Assembly (NCBI RefSeq): GCF_049075655.1
Contig: NZ_CP157522.1
Coordinates: 1,504,001 to 1,568,000, forward strand
Origin: Methanothermococcus sp. Ax23
Lineage (GTDB): Archaea; AGJL01; Methanococci; Methanococcales; Methanococcaceae
DNA: 64,000 bases
Direction: 5' to 3'
How positions within the stretch are numbered: the stretch's first letter is position 1; every line of letters begins with the position of its first letter. A program made the translations under genes and the position numbers. Under the pieces are notes generated by a model, which was not told where the DNA came from, did not search any database, and saw only the letters and a program-made list of their open reading frames with translations. Below, one piece after another: positions 10,084 through 20,521 of the stretch.

Positions 10084-10229
10084 TTGGTTTTTTATAAGCT
10101 AATAATTTTTTAATTTTTAATATATTTGTTAATATAAATTTAATATTGCAATATAGCATATTTCCGATTATGGTAATTTCAATTATATTTCGAGTATATT
10201 ATGATTATATTACGATTATTACTGTTTAT

Positions 10230-10540
10230 GGGGTCTGTCCAATGTGAGCGTTGGTTAGTAAATGCTCACATTGGACTTGGGCGTCATCAACCTCATCTCC
10301 CTCTGGGTTCATTGGGAGCATGTCATCAGTCTCCTCCCCTGTCGTGGGGACCCCAGCTCCACCCATCAATTCGACAATTTGTTGGATGTTTTAACATGTT
10401 TAAAAGAGGTTTAGGAAAGTCTTGGGGTTGATTAGATTGACACTATAAACTATGCATGAAAACACTATATAAACATTTCGAAAACTAAATGCTCCCATAC
10501 ACTCACAAATACTCACAAAAAACTAAACAGTTTTAAACGG
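10230..10540 (-). mobile_element. Non-autonomous IS607 derivative retaining the right end/omegaRNA region
   Basis: 10230-10372 aligns with 6566-6740 (GGGGTCT..CCAATGTGAG..TTGG; CTCACAT; CTCTGGGTTCAT; CCCCA.CTCC); ACTCACAAA repeats and AACAGTTT near 10500-10540 resemble the left end; no transposase. Confidence 0.75.
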
Positions 10541-10586
10541 CTTAATTTTAATCTAATTTATTATCTATAAACTATATGGTGGAATT

Positions 10587-11867
10587 ATGACTCAAATGAC
10601 TGATGCCAAAAATAATATAATTACAAAAGAAATTGAATTTGTGGCAAAAGAAGAAAGGATGAATCCAGAAAAGTTAAGAAAACTAATAGCAAAAGGATAT
10701 GTTGTGATACCTAAAAACATTCATAGGAACACAAAACCAGTAGGAATTGGAGATAGCCTAAGAACAAAAGTAAATGTGAATATTGGAACATCCACTGACT
10801 GTGTAGATATAGATATGGAGATAAGAAAAACAAAAATAGCAAATAAATACGGTGCAGATGCCATTATGGATTTAAGCACAGGAGGGGATTTGCCAGAAAT
10901 AAGAAAAGCAATAATGGAAAATACTGATTTGCCCATAGGGACTGTTCCAATGTATGAAATAGGGGTGGAATCAAGGAAAAAATACGGTAGAGTAATCGAC
11001 ATGGATGAAGATATAATATTCAATGTTATAGAGAGGCAGGCAAAGGAAGGCGTAGATTTCATGACACTGCACTGCGGAATTACAAAAAACAGCGTAGAAT
11101 CCTTAAAAAACGATAAAAGAATTATGGGAGTTGTTAGTCGAGGAGGTGCCTTTTTAACAGCATACATTATGCACCATAACAAAGAAAACCCACTTTATGA
11201 ACAGTTTGATTATCTCCTTGAAATATTGAAGGAACATGATGTAACGCTAAGTTTAGGAGATGGAATGAGACCGGGGTGTTTATGCGACAATACAGATAGA
11301 CCCCAAATACATGAGCTCATAATATTGGGTGAGCTCGTAGATAGATGTAGGGAAGCGGGAGTTCAGGTAATGGTTGAAGGTCCCGGACATGTTCCATTAA
11401 ACAATGTGGAAACGAATATGAGAATCCAAAAATCACTATGCAAAAATGCTCCATTCTATGTATTGGGGCCTATTGTAACTGATTTAGCACCGGGATATGA
11501 CCATATTACATCTGCCATTGGAGGAGCTCTGGCGGCATACTGTGGTGCAAATTTCCTATGCTATGTTACGCCAGCTGAACACCTTAGATTAATGGATGAA
11601 AACGATGTAAAAGAAGGGCTCATAGCTTCAAAAATAGCAGCTCAGGCGGCTGATGTTGCAAGAGGAAATCCAATGGCATGGGAAAAGGAGAAGGAAATGG
11701 CTATTGCAAGGAAAAATCATGACTGGGAAAAACAGTTTGAATTATCCATTGACAAAGAAAAACCTAGAAAAATGAGAGAAGAATTACCATCTGCTGATGA
11801 GAAGGCATGTAGTGTTTGCGGTGAATTCTGTGCATTGTTAATGGTGGAAGAAGCCGGAAAACGATAA
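10587..11867 (+). CDS. thiC: Phosphomethylpyrimidine synthase
   Basis: TKVNVNIGTS, MDLSTGG, DFMTLHCG, SRGG, SLGDGMRPG, EGPGH, CSVCGEFCA. Confidence 0.96.
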   Translation: MTQMTDAKNNIITKEIEFVAKEERMNPEKLRKLIAKGYVVIPKNIHRNTKPVGIGDSLRTKVNVNIGTSTDCVDIDMEIRKTKIANKYGADAIMDLSTGGDLPEIRKAIMENTDLPIGTVPMYEIGVESRKKYGRVIDMDEDIIFNVIERQAKEGVDFMTLHCGITKNSVESLKNDKRIMGVVSRGGAFLTAYIMHHNKENPLYEQFDYLLEILKEHDVTLSLGDGMRPGCLCDNTDRPQIHELIILGELVDRCREAGVQVMVEGPGHVPLNNVETNMRIQKSLCKNAPFYVLGPIVTDLAPGYDHITSAIGGALAAYCGANFLCYVTPAEHLRLMDENDVKEGLIASKIAAQAADVARGNPMAWEKEKEMAIARKNHDWEKQFELSIDKEKPRKMREELPSADEKACSVCGEFCALLMVEEAGKR

Positions 11868-12061
11868 TTAATATCAATTTTGATTTTTAATAATATATTT
11901 TTGCTATTTTTTATTATTTTTATAATTATGCACTTTCATCCTTATTTTCAAATTTTTAATATTATTAATGTAAAACCTAAAATATAAATATTAAATATTA
12001 CTTAGTTTAAAAATTATAATAATAAATAATATATAATGATAAAATAAGGTTATTTTAAAAT

Positions 12062-12306
12062 ATATGCTATTCTTGGATTTAATCTAAGGGGACGGTCTGA
12101 GAGATATATTTGAACCTAAATCAGGGAGGTCTATTTATGAATAATCTTTTAACTGTTATTTGCATGTTGATTTTTTGCTTGGAGATATTAAAGTTAAAGC
12201 TGTTAATGGTGTAAATTTTGAAATAAAAGAAGGTGAAACACTCTGCCTTATCGGTGAAAGCGGAAGTGGAAAATCAGTTTTGGACTTATCGATATTGAAG
12301 GACTAA
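12062..12306 (+). pseudogene. Remnants of a Dpp/Opp/Nik ABC permease C-terminus and ATPase N-terminus
   Basis: Broken ILGFNL/GDGLRDIF tail, then MNNLLTV../[34 protein letters not shown] truncated by TAA. Confidence 0.75.
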
Positions 12307-12643
12307 AATTCTAAAAAATGGAGGTAAGTTAATATCAATTGAAAGTGAAAAGAAGGAAGGAAATGTTGCCAACCACCACTATAACGAAGAAATTGCAAAG
12401 GAGCTCCCTTTTTCAACGGCATTGATTTGGAAAAATTCAAAAAGATAGCGAATGAATGCAATTTAACATTTAAAATAGAAACTCTGGAATGCGAGAAGAT
12501 AAATCTGATGATTATTTGTGAAAAAGTTTGTTGATATTTTAATTTATATTAAATAATGAATAATAAATAATAAATAGTATGTAATAATTTATATTAAATT
12601 ACCTAAAAATATTAATAAATTAAAAATTCATTTTGGTGATTAA

Positions 12644-13850
12644 ATGGAACCTTTGCAGGGTTGTAGGATGATTGGTGCAATTAGGGCATTTAACGGAATA
12701 ATCGATGGATATTCAATTTTACACTCACCACCTGGATGTCATTCTGGTGTGATGATGTTGGAAGTTTTGCAGGATAACAGCGATTGGAGAATTGCAGTTT
12801 CTGGAATGCATCAAAGAGATTTGGTTTATGGTGCGGAGAATAAGTGTTTATTGGCAATAAAAAAGGTATATGACACATTTAAACCAAATTTTATTGTTGC
12901 AATGGATTGCTGTTCATCTGGTATTTTAGGAGAAGATTTAGAGAGTGTTGTTAATTTAGCAAAGGAAGAAATTGATAAAGATATAATCTATTTTAGCGGA
13001 GCAGGATACCACAGTTTGGCATATTCGGGTTATGATGAAGCATTAAAATCATTGATTCATTATGGAACAAAAAGAAACCATTCCGAACTCAATAAATTTG
13101 ATTGGTATAAAAATCGATGATTTTAAGGCTAGGGAAGATATTGAAGAGATAAGGAGGATTTGTAGTAATGCAGGAGTTAATATAAATTCTATTTTAACTT
13201 GCGATACATTTGATGCCATAAAGAATGCTCCAAATGCTGAATTAAATGTTGTTTTTGGAGATGGAATTAAATTGGCGGAAGTAATGAAAAAGAAATTTAA
13301 CATTCCTTATATCGTTGTTGATTATCCTTATGGCTTAAACGGGACATTGGAGTTTTTAAACTCGCTAAATGAGCATGTTAATGTTGATTTTGAATTTGTT
13401 GAAGAGGAGAAGAAGAGGATAATCAAAACTGTTGAAAAGGTTCAGTTTTATTTAAAGGGATTCTACGGCATGAGCTCAGCAGTAGTTGGGGACTATAAAG
13501 CATTTGGATTTGCCAAATTTTTGTCTGATGAGATTGGTTTTGATATTGATACCTTGGGCGTTTCAAAATTTTACAATATGGACAGCAAAATAAAGGAAAT
13601 TAATGATATTGTGGAAAATATTGTTATAGACGATAGAAAGGAATTAGAAGATAAAATTATGGAAAATAACATTGAAATACTATTTGGTTCCAGTTATGAA
13701 AAGAAAATAGCACAAAATAAAAACATATCATTAATAAGGTTTTCTTATCCTGTGGTTGATGAAATATCTTTAAGTAATACTCCGCTTGCTGGATTTAAGG
13801 GAGTTCCTACAATTATTGAAAGAATTATCAATGAAATCATAAAGGCGTAA
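12644..13850 (+). pseudogene. Nitrogenase component-I-like subunit (NifD/E/K-like, group IV), frameshift near 13055
   Basis: GC.MIGA, HSPPGC, LVYGAE, CCSSGILGEDL, then SINLIG..DIEEIRRI..G, PYG..GT, PLAGFKG in the second frame. Confidence 0.8.
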
Positions 13851-13861
13851 TAGGTGGCAAT

Positions 13862-15264
13862 ATGCAATACAAAGAACAAAAAATAAGAATTTGCTCAAAC
13901 CTTCCACTTCATAGGCAAAGCGGTGTTCCTGGGAAGGTTTGTGGAGCTTTAAGGATTGCAAATCAAATAAAAGGGTGTATCCCAATACTCCATTCACCAG
14001 TAGGCTGTGCATTTCAAAGGAAGATAAACACCTTTGCACCTTATGAGATAACCTACAATCTACCTTGCACAAATTTAACAGAGGTTGATACCGTTTATGG
14101 CGGTCATGAGAAATTGGTAGAAAAGGTTTTGGAGGTTAATAAAAAATACCATCCAGAGCTCATATTAATTATATCGACATGTGCTCCAGATTTAATTGGA
14201 GAGGATTACGATATTACATTGGATGAAGTCAGGGATATGATAGATGCAAAGATTATATACGACACAGGGAATGCAAAGAGAGCTCCCGTTGGTATGCAGA
14301 GTGCATTATATTCATTAGCTACTCAGGTAATGGAAGAACAGGAAAAATTGAAAAGAGTTTAAATATTTGCAAACTTTCATACCATAGAACAGACTCAGTT
14401 GATGAATTTGTAGATATTTTAGAAGAAATGGGAGCTCATGTTAATGGAGTTTATTTCAATGACAATACTGTTGAAGATATAAAAAACATCACAAGAGCTG
14501 AGCTCAATTTGGTAGATTTTCCAGCAGATTGGGTTTTGTATGCGGAGAAGAAATTTGGAATGAAATACCTTATGCCACCAAGATTAAAAATAGAGGATTC
14601 ATTAACGACTTTAAATGGATTTGCCAAGTATTTGTATGCTATTGCAGAAGTTTTGGACTTAGATACGGATATAATTGAAAAAAGAAAAAAGGAAGCTGAT
14701 GAAAAACTTGAAAAATATAGGAATGAATTAAAAGGTAAAAAAATAGCAAGTGGATTTTCAGTTCATGGAGGGGCAATGCAAACATTAATTGAAGATGTAG
14801 GGATGGAATGCCCTGTTTTAATATTAAAAACTAGAAGAATGAATTTAATGATGAAAGATGATGCTGTTAAGCATATATCCAATTCAATGACAAGATTTAT
14901 TGAAAATCATCAGGGATATGCCCCAGAAGTATTGATAAATCCAACTACTGAGGAAGAAATAAAGGCAATGAAGGAGCACGGTATTGAATTGTGTGTAGGT
15001 GGAATGGAAAATAACATGTTTGAATATTTAAGAAATGGGATAAAATTATTCGATATGAGACGGATGATACAAATATCAAAAATGGGATTCAGCAATTCTG
15101 TAAATATAGCAAGAGAGACCTATAAAATCGTCTCCAAAGAACCAAAATCACACTTGCTATTGGGAAATATGGATTATTCAATGAAAAATCCAAGTTTATC
15201 AAACTACTGGGCAGATATTGTCGATATATTCCAAACATGCTGGTATTGTGAATGCAAGGACTAA
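13862..15264 (+). pseudogene. Second nitrogenase component-I-like subunit, frameshift in an A-run near 14345
   Basis: HSPVGC, CTNLTEVDTVYGGHEKL, STCAPDLIGED; continues as EKSLNICK...EEMGAHVNG in a different frame. Confidence 0.8.
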
Positions 15265-15322
15265 TTACTACATCCAATGAACTATATTTATGATTATATA
15301 ATAGCAATAATACGGTGATACT

Positions 15323-16194
15323 ATGAAACAAATAGCATTTTATGGAAAGGGAGGAATTGGAAAATCTACAACTGTATGTAATATAGCGGCGGCACTTGCT
15401 GATGAAGGAAAAAAGGTAATGGTAATAGGATGTGACCCAAAACATGACTGCACTTCAAATTTAAGAGGTGGGGAAGAGATACCTACGATATTGGATACAC
15501 TTAGAGAAAAAGGAATGGAAAAACTCAGTTTAGAGGATGCAATAGAGGGAAAAAAGATTGAAATGGACGAAATTATTCATGAGGGATATAATGGCATATA
15601 CTGCATTGAAGCAGGAGGGCCAAAGCCAGGATATGGATGTGCTGGAAGAGGAGTAATTGTAGCAATAGATTTGTTAAAGAAAATGGATATATATGAGGAA
15701 TTAGGCGTGGATATAGTCCTTTATGATGTTCTTGGGGATGTTGTTTGTGGAGGATTTGCCATGCCTTTAAGAATGGGATTGGCTAAGCAAATTTATGTTG
15801 TAACTTCCTCTGACTACATGGCAATGTATGCGGCAAATAATATATGCAGAGGTATGAAAGAATTTGCCAAAAAAGGAGGGAGTAGATTAGGAGGATTAAT
15901 TTACAATGTTAGGGGCTCATTAGATGCCTATGATTTAGTTGAAGAGATGGCCAATAAAATCGGAACTGAGATTCAGGCAAAATTCCAAATTCCATGCTGA
16001 TTGCTGAGGGTGAGATTGAAGGAAAAACTGTAATTGAATATGCCCCTGATAGTGAAATTTCTACAATATATAGAGAGCTCGCTAAGAAGATATACAACAA
16101 TGACACTGGCGTAATTCCAAATCCACTGGAAAATGAGGAAATAATGCAGATTGGGCAGGCAGTCAAGGAAAGGATTAAAAAAATGAGAAATTAA
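15323..16194 (+). pseudogene. nifH: NifH-like Fe protein (NifH2-type paralog), frameshift near 15973
   Basis: [47 protein letters not shown]; the C-terminus [22 protein letters not shown] is in another frame. Confidence 0.88.
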
Positions 16195-16230
16195 TATTTA
16201 TATTTATTTTATTTATTTTTTTATTATATT

Positions 16231-17521
16231 ATGGTTTATTTATATTTATTAAAAGGCATAAGGGCGATACCATTGGATATATTATCTTATTTAACCCAAA
16301 TAATTGTCTTATCATCAATTGGGATTATTATTGCAGGAATCATTGAGGAAACAAATCTATTGTCCATAATTAAAAAAATAACAAAACCATTATGTTTAGT
16401 CTCAAATTTACCTGAGGAGTGTGTAGTGGCACTATTGGGGAATTTCATAAATCCAACAGTTGGAAAATCCATGCTTGCCAAATTCTACAAAGAGAGTAAA
16501 ATAAACAGTAAAGAAACCATAGCTGCAACAATAATAAGTCCATTACCAATAATTTTAGGGGAGAGCATATTTAGGGTGCAACTACCACTTGCCATTGTCC
16601 TTCTTGGGTATAAATTAGGGACAATATATGTGCTTTTTAATATGTTTTCTGGATTTTTAATGGCTTCAATTGGAATTATATATTCGAATATCGCTTTTGA
16701 AAGAAAACCTTTAAACATCGATACTAACAACAACAATGAAAAAATTATATTCAATAGGGCAGTTATTACAAAAGGTGTTGGAAAATCTGTAGAGCTCCTA
16801 AAAAAAGTAATTCCTATGATTCTGACCTACTCCCACGATTAAAATCGTGGGGTTCATTAGTAGGGTTTAACCCTACATGGGTGGCCAAACCCACTACCCC
16901 TACCCATTAATGGGTTCAGGGCTACGCTATGCACTTTCAACCACCACCAGCGGTAGAGTTTTCACTAACCCTACCCATTAGAACTTGGACTGGTAGCGTT
17001 ACTTACTATTAATCTTCTCATATTTATATTTTACTACTAACTAATTATAATGTCCGCCTCTCATCCAATCTCGTAAGAGATTTTACAAAACCTTGTTTTG
17101 TATAACGATTAAAATCGTTGGCTTTCTCGGCGGTTTATCGTAATTTTTACATTACTAATATACTGCCTGATGACATTTGGTTTAACGGATATTATAAAAG
17201 AGATATTTACACCAATATTTGGCATATTGAATTTACCGGGAAGAAGCGGTAATGGTTTTAGTTGCAAATTTTGCCCATTTCTCCGCAGGATATGCCACTG
17301 TGGATATTTTGATAAAAAATGGGGTGCTAAATGAAAAACAAGCATTATTAACGCTGTTAATTGGAAATATAATTGGAGTAACTATGATATATTTAAAACA
17401 CTCCATAGGGACTTATGTGGCATTATTTGGTAGATTTGGTCTAAAATTAGCCATGATTAATTATACTATATCTATTATTATAAAAATTTTATTAATAAGT
17501 CTCATAATGTTAATATTCTAA
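16231..17521 (+). pseudogene. Polytopic membrane protein (gate/nucleoside-recognition-like) split by a MITE and a +1 frameshift near 17241
   Basis: Excising 16822-17139 restores ...KKVIPMI-VIFTLLIYCL...; LPG-EAVMVLV needs removal of one A. Confidence 0.75.
16822..17139 (-). mobile_element. 318-bp non-autonomous IS605-type element (MITE) carrying a predicted omegaRNA
   Basis: Same left end after TTAC and same right end ...GTCAG as 254-1821; no TSD; precise removal restores the host ORF. Confidence 0.92.
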
Positions 17522-17632
17522 AAATTAAAAATTAAAAAAGAATATAGCATATATAACCATATTTTACAGGGTATATGCATTTAAAAACTAAGAATAGAAT
17601 AAGGATAAATTAAAGTTAGATATAAAATATTT

Positions 17633-17860
17633 TTACATGCTAACTATTTTCTGTAAAATAGGGTCTGTGATTTCATCCTCAGATATTTCTTTAATTTCTT
17701 CAATTTTTACCATGGTTCTTTTTACATGGTGTTTGCTTCCAATGTCAGAATATATAAATTCCAAAGCATCCTCTTCTTTTAAAGCTTTGCATTCTTTTGT
17801 GAATACCATTGGTTCTTCTTTTCCCAATACTCTTCCTGTTATTCTGAATATTTTTGCCAT
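17633..17860 (-). CDS. rpl18a: 50S ribosomal protein L18Ae/LX
   Basis: KIFRITG, FTKE..A.KEEDALE.IYSDIGSKH.VKR; follows eIF6. Confidence 0.92.
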   Translation of the reverse strand: MAKIFRITGRVLGKEEPMVFTKECKALKEEDALEFIYSDIGSKHHVKRTMVKIEEIKEISEDEITDPILQKIVSM

Positions 17861-17906
17861 TTTATCACCTTCTTGAATGTTATGTATATTATTTCTTCTC
17901 TCCTAT

Positions 17907-18590
17907 TTAATCTATTAAATCAAGACCTTCCTCTATTTTTAACATCTCAGGTCCCGTGGTATCTCCACCTATAACAGCACCTTTTGAGTTTGCTATAATG
18001 CAGGCACCTACTGATGTGATACCTTTGTTTGCAGTTCCTCTCTCTATGCAGTCTATTTTCAAGACATCTTTTATTAGTTCGATTTCATCATCTGTTGTAT
18101 TTGGATGAACTAAACAGCCTTTATTTGTGGCAACACCATTTGAACCTACTGTGGAAAGCCCTGCAATATCGCTAACTACGCTCTCAACATCGAGGATATC
18201 CTCAATAGTATTTCTAAATTTTTTTAGTTCTCTGGAAATTATACAGCCTTTATCGTTGGCCAATATTAAATTTCCAAATGCTGTGTTTTTGGCGCTTAAT
18301 TTTTTAACTATAATTTCTATGTCGTTTTCCTTTAAAAATTCGATGATTAATTCTCGTTCTTTATCCAACGTGAATGGTGGAAGAATAAGACCATTTGAGT
18401 TTGCTACACATAGCGAACCGATTAAAGAACTATTTCCAATGTTTAGATTTTTAACTGGAATATCCAATACATTACTACATCTGTCTAAGGATTTCTCCTC
18501 GATAAAATGAGGAAACAATCCAAACTTTTCTGTTGCAAGAGAAAGAACTCCAATCGTAGATATTCCAGAAAAGTATTCTTTTATTATCAT
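17907..18590 (-). CDS. eif6: Translation initiation factor 6
   Basis: [40 protein letters not shown]. Confidence 0.96.
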   Translation of the reverse strand: MIIKEYFSGISTIGVLSLATEKFGLFPHFIEEKSLDRCSNVLDIPVKNLNIGNSSLIGSLCVANSNGLILPPFTLDKERELIIEFLKENDIEIIVKKLSAKNTAFGNLILANDKGCIISRELKKFRNTIEDILDVESVVSDIAGLSTVGSNGVATNKGCLVHPNTTDDEIELIKDVLKIDCIERGTANKGITSVGACIIANSKGAVIGGDTTGPEMLKIEEGLDLID

Positions 18591-18663
18591 AAATATCACA
18601 AAATATATAATATAACCTAAAATTAAAATTTTTTATAATGAAATAATTAAGATTTAATTTTAA

Positions 18664-18915
18664 TTATTCCACTAATGTAGCTTTTGCCACGCCTTCTTCT
18701 TTAACAACTTTAACTCTGATTCTTGCAGGGATTTTGTTTAAACTTCTTTCCCATATTTTTTCGTTGATGGAGTTGTCTAATTTTACAACTTCTGACTTTG
18801 TATGTCTTTTTAAGAACTCTCTAACTTTTCTTATAGCTCTCGGAGCTCTCTTTGTTGCTTTTGATTTATTTGTAATGTCTCTCAATGGTATTGTATATAT
18901 TCTTTCGTCTTCCAT
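18664..18915 (-). CDS. rpl31e: 50S ribosomal protein L31e
   Basis: [24 protein letters not shown]. Confidence 0.97.
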   Translation of the reverse strand: MEDERIYTIPLRDITNKSKATKRAPRAIRKVREFLKRHTKSEVVKLDNSINEKIWERSLNKIPARIRVKVVKEEGVAKATLVE

Positions 18916-18963
18916 AATTACACCTCAATAATATTAATCTCCAATATTAGTGTTTTAACCTTT

Positions 18964-19010
18964 CACCAACTTGTTGGTGAGTAATGAAACCATTTATGAT
19001 TTCATCTGAT
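18964..19010 (-). repeat. Two-hairpin micro-element (reverse orientation)
   Basis: Reverse complement ATCAG-ATGAAATC..GTTTCAT-TACT-CACCAAC aa GTTGGTG matches 1094-1141 with compensatory stem changes. Confidence 0.8.
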
Positions 19011-19194
19011 TTATAGTTTAACCTTATTTTAAATAAAATAACCATATAAAAAATAATATTTAAACATTATGGTTATAATATATTACAAATTATAGTTAAT
19101 TTAAAAGTATAGTTAATTTAAAAGAAATGTTATTATATTTTCTTATAGTTATGTATTCTTAATATATAAATTTAAGGAAAGTCATGGTGAAAAT

Positions 19195-20091
19195 ATGAAA
19201 ATGAACAGAACATTGAAAGCAGAAGTATTGATTGAAGCTCTACCCTATATATGTAAATTTCAAGACCAAAAAGTTGTAATTAAATATGGCGGTCATGCTA
19301 TGGTGAATGAAGATGCTAAAAATTGGATAGCAAAGGATGTAGTTCTTTTGAGATTTGTTGGTTTGAACCCTGTTGTAGTCCATGGCGGAGGTCCTGAAAT
19401 AAACAAAGCGATGGAAAAGATGGGAAAGGAACCAGAATTTATTCATGGTTTGAGAGTGACTGATGAGGAAACCCTCGATATTGTTAAGATGGTATTAGTC
19501 GGGAAAATAAACGGCGATATCGTATCAAAACTTGGAAAATATGGGGGAAAGGCGGTAGGTCTTTCTGGAAAATCTGGGCACTTAATTAAAGCGAGGAAAA
19601 AAATTCAGTATGTGGTAAAAGAGGATGAAAAAATAGAAGTTGATTTGGGTAGAGTTGGAGAAGTGGAAGAAATAAACACTGAATTAATTGATATATTACT
19701 TGAAAAAAGATATATTCCAGTAATATCTCCAATAGGTATCGACAATTACGGAAATGCATTTAATTTAAATGCAGATATTGCAGCAGGAGATATAGCTGGA
19801 GCAATTGATGCAAAAAAGTTAATAATGATTACCGATGTTGATGGTGTTATGGAGGATATAAACGACCCTTCCACACTGTATAAAAAACTTACAATTTCAG
19901 AAGTTGAGGAAATGATAGAAAAAGGAATAATTACAGGTGGTATGATACCAAAAATCGAAGCATGCATTAATGCACTAAATAAAGGAGTTGAAAGCGTTCA
20001 TATCATAAATGGAAAAATACCACATTCTGTGCTTTTAGAGGTATTTACCGAAGAAGGTATTGGAACTATGATTATTAAGGATGAAAAATAA
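19195..20091 (+). CDS. argB: Acetylglutamate kinase
   Basis: [32 protein letters not shown]. Confidence 0.97.
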   Translation: MKMNRTLKAEVLIEALPYICKFQDQKVVIKYGGHAMVNEDAKNWIAKDVVLLRFVGLNPVVVHGGGPEINKAMEKMGKEPEFIHGLRVTDEETLDIVKMVLVGKINGDIVSKLGKYGGKAVGLSGKSGHLIKARKKIQYVVKEDEKIEVDLGRVGEVEEINTELIDILLEKRYIPVISPIGIDNYGNAFNLNADIAAGDIAGAIDAKKLIMITDVDGVMEDINDPSTLYKKLTISEVEEMIEKGIITGGMIPKIEACINALNKGVESVHIINGKIPHSVLLEVFTEEGIGTMIIKDEK

Positions 20092-20211
20092 AAGAAGAAA
20101 AAACTAAAATAATAAAAATAAAACAAATTAAAGCAAACCTTGGTTCTCATCAAACAGATAAATATATAATTGTGATTATAGATTATCATAAAAAATTAGA
20201 TGGACGTGATA

Positions 20212-20297
20212 ACTGACGAAATGTTTCACATTTCGTTGCTTGACAAAAATCAAATGTTTTTGTGAATTTCGACGAAAACCTTTGGTTTTCATCTAAT
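20212..20297. repeat. Head-to-head pair of micro-element hairpins
   Basis: ACTGACGAAATG..CATTTCGTTGCT, then an ACAAAAA..TTTTTGT hairpin, then the reverse of ATTAGATGAAAACC aaa GGTTTTCGTC. Confidence 0.7.
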
Positions 20298-20521
20298 ACT
20301 CTTCACAACTGCTTACGACATTAAAGTGTTTTAGATGAAGTCGATTAAATTAAGTAAATATTTAATTTATGATAGGAATTACGCTATATTATCTTTTTTC
20401 TTTTTTGATTCCCATGTCATAGTATATGTGAATTACAAATAATTAATATTTGGCAACCTCTCTATTATATATATTAAATAAATATGTAGCCAATTAAATA
20501 ATTCTAAGAATGTGACGTACT

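Noticed and set aside
10201-10431. 76-aa ORF
   Set aside because: Runs antisense through an IS607 right-end relic and a short inverted tnpB fragment
12644-16194. Functional nitrogenase, or programmed frameshifting
   Set aside because: No nifI/E/N/B context, divergent ligand motifs, no common slippery site, and the neighbouring genes are also destroyed
18916-19194. rpl39e expected upstream of rpl31e
   Set aside because: No L39e-like reading frame found; the region holds a micro-element and AT-rich promoter DNA
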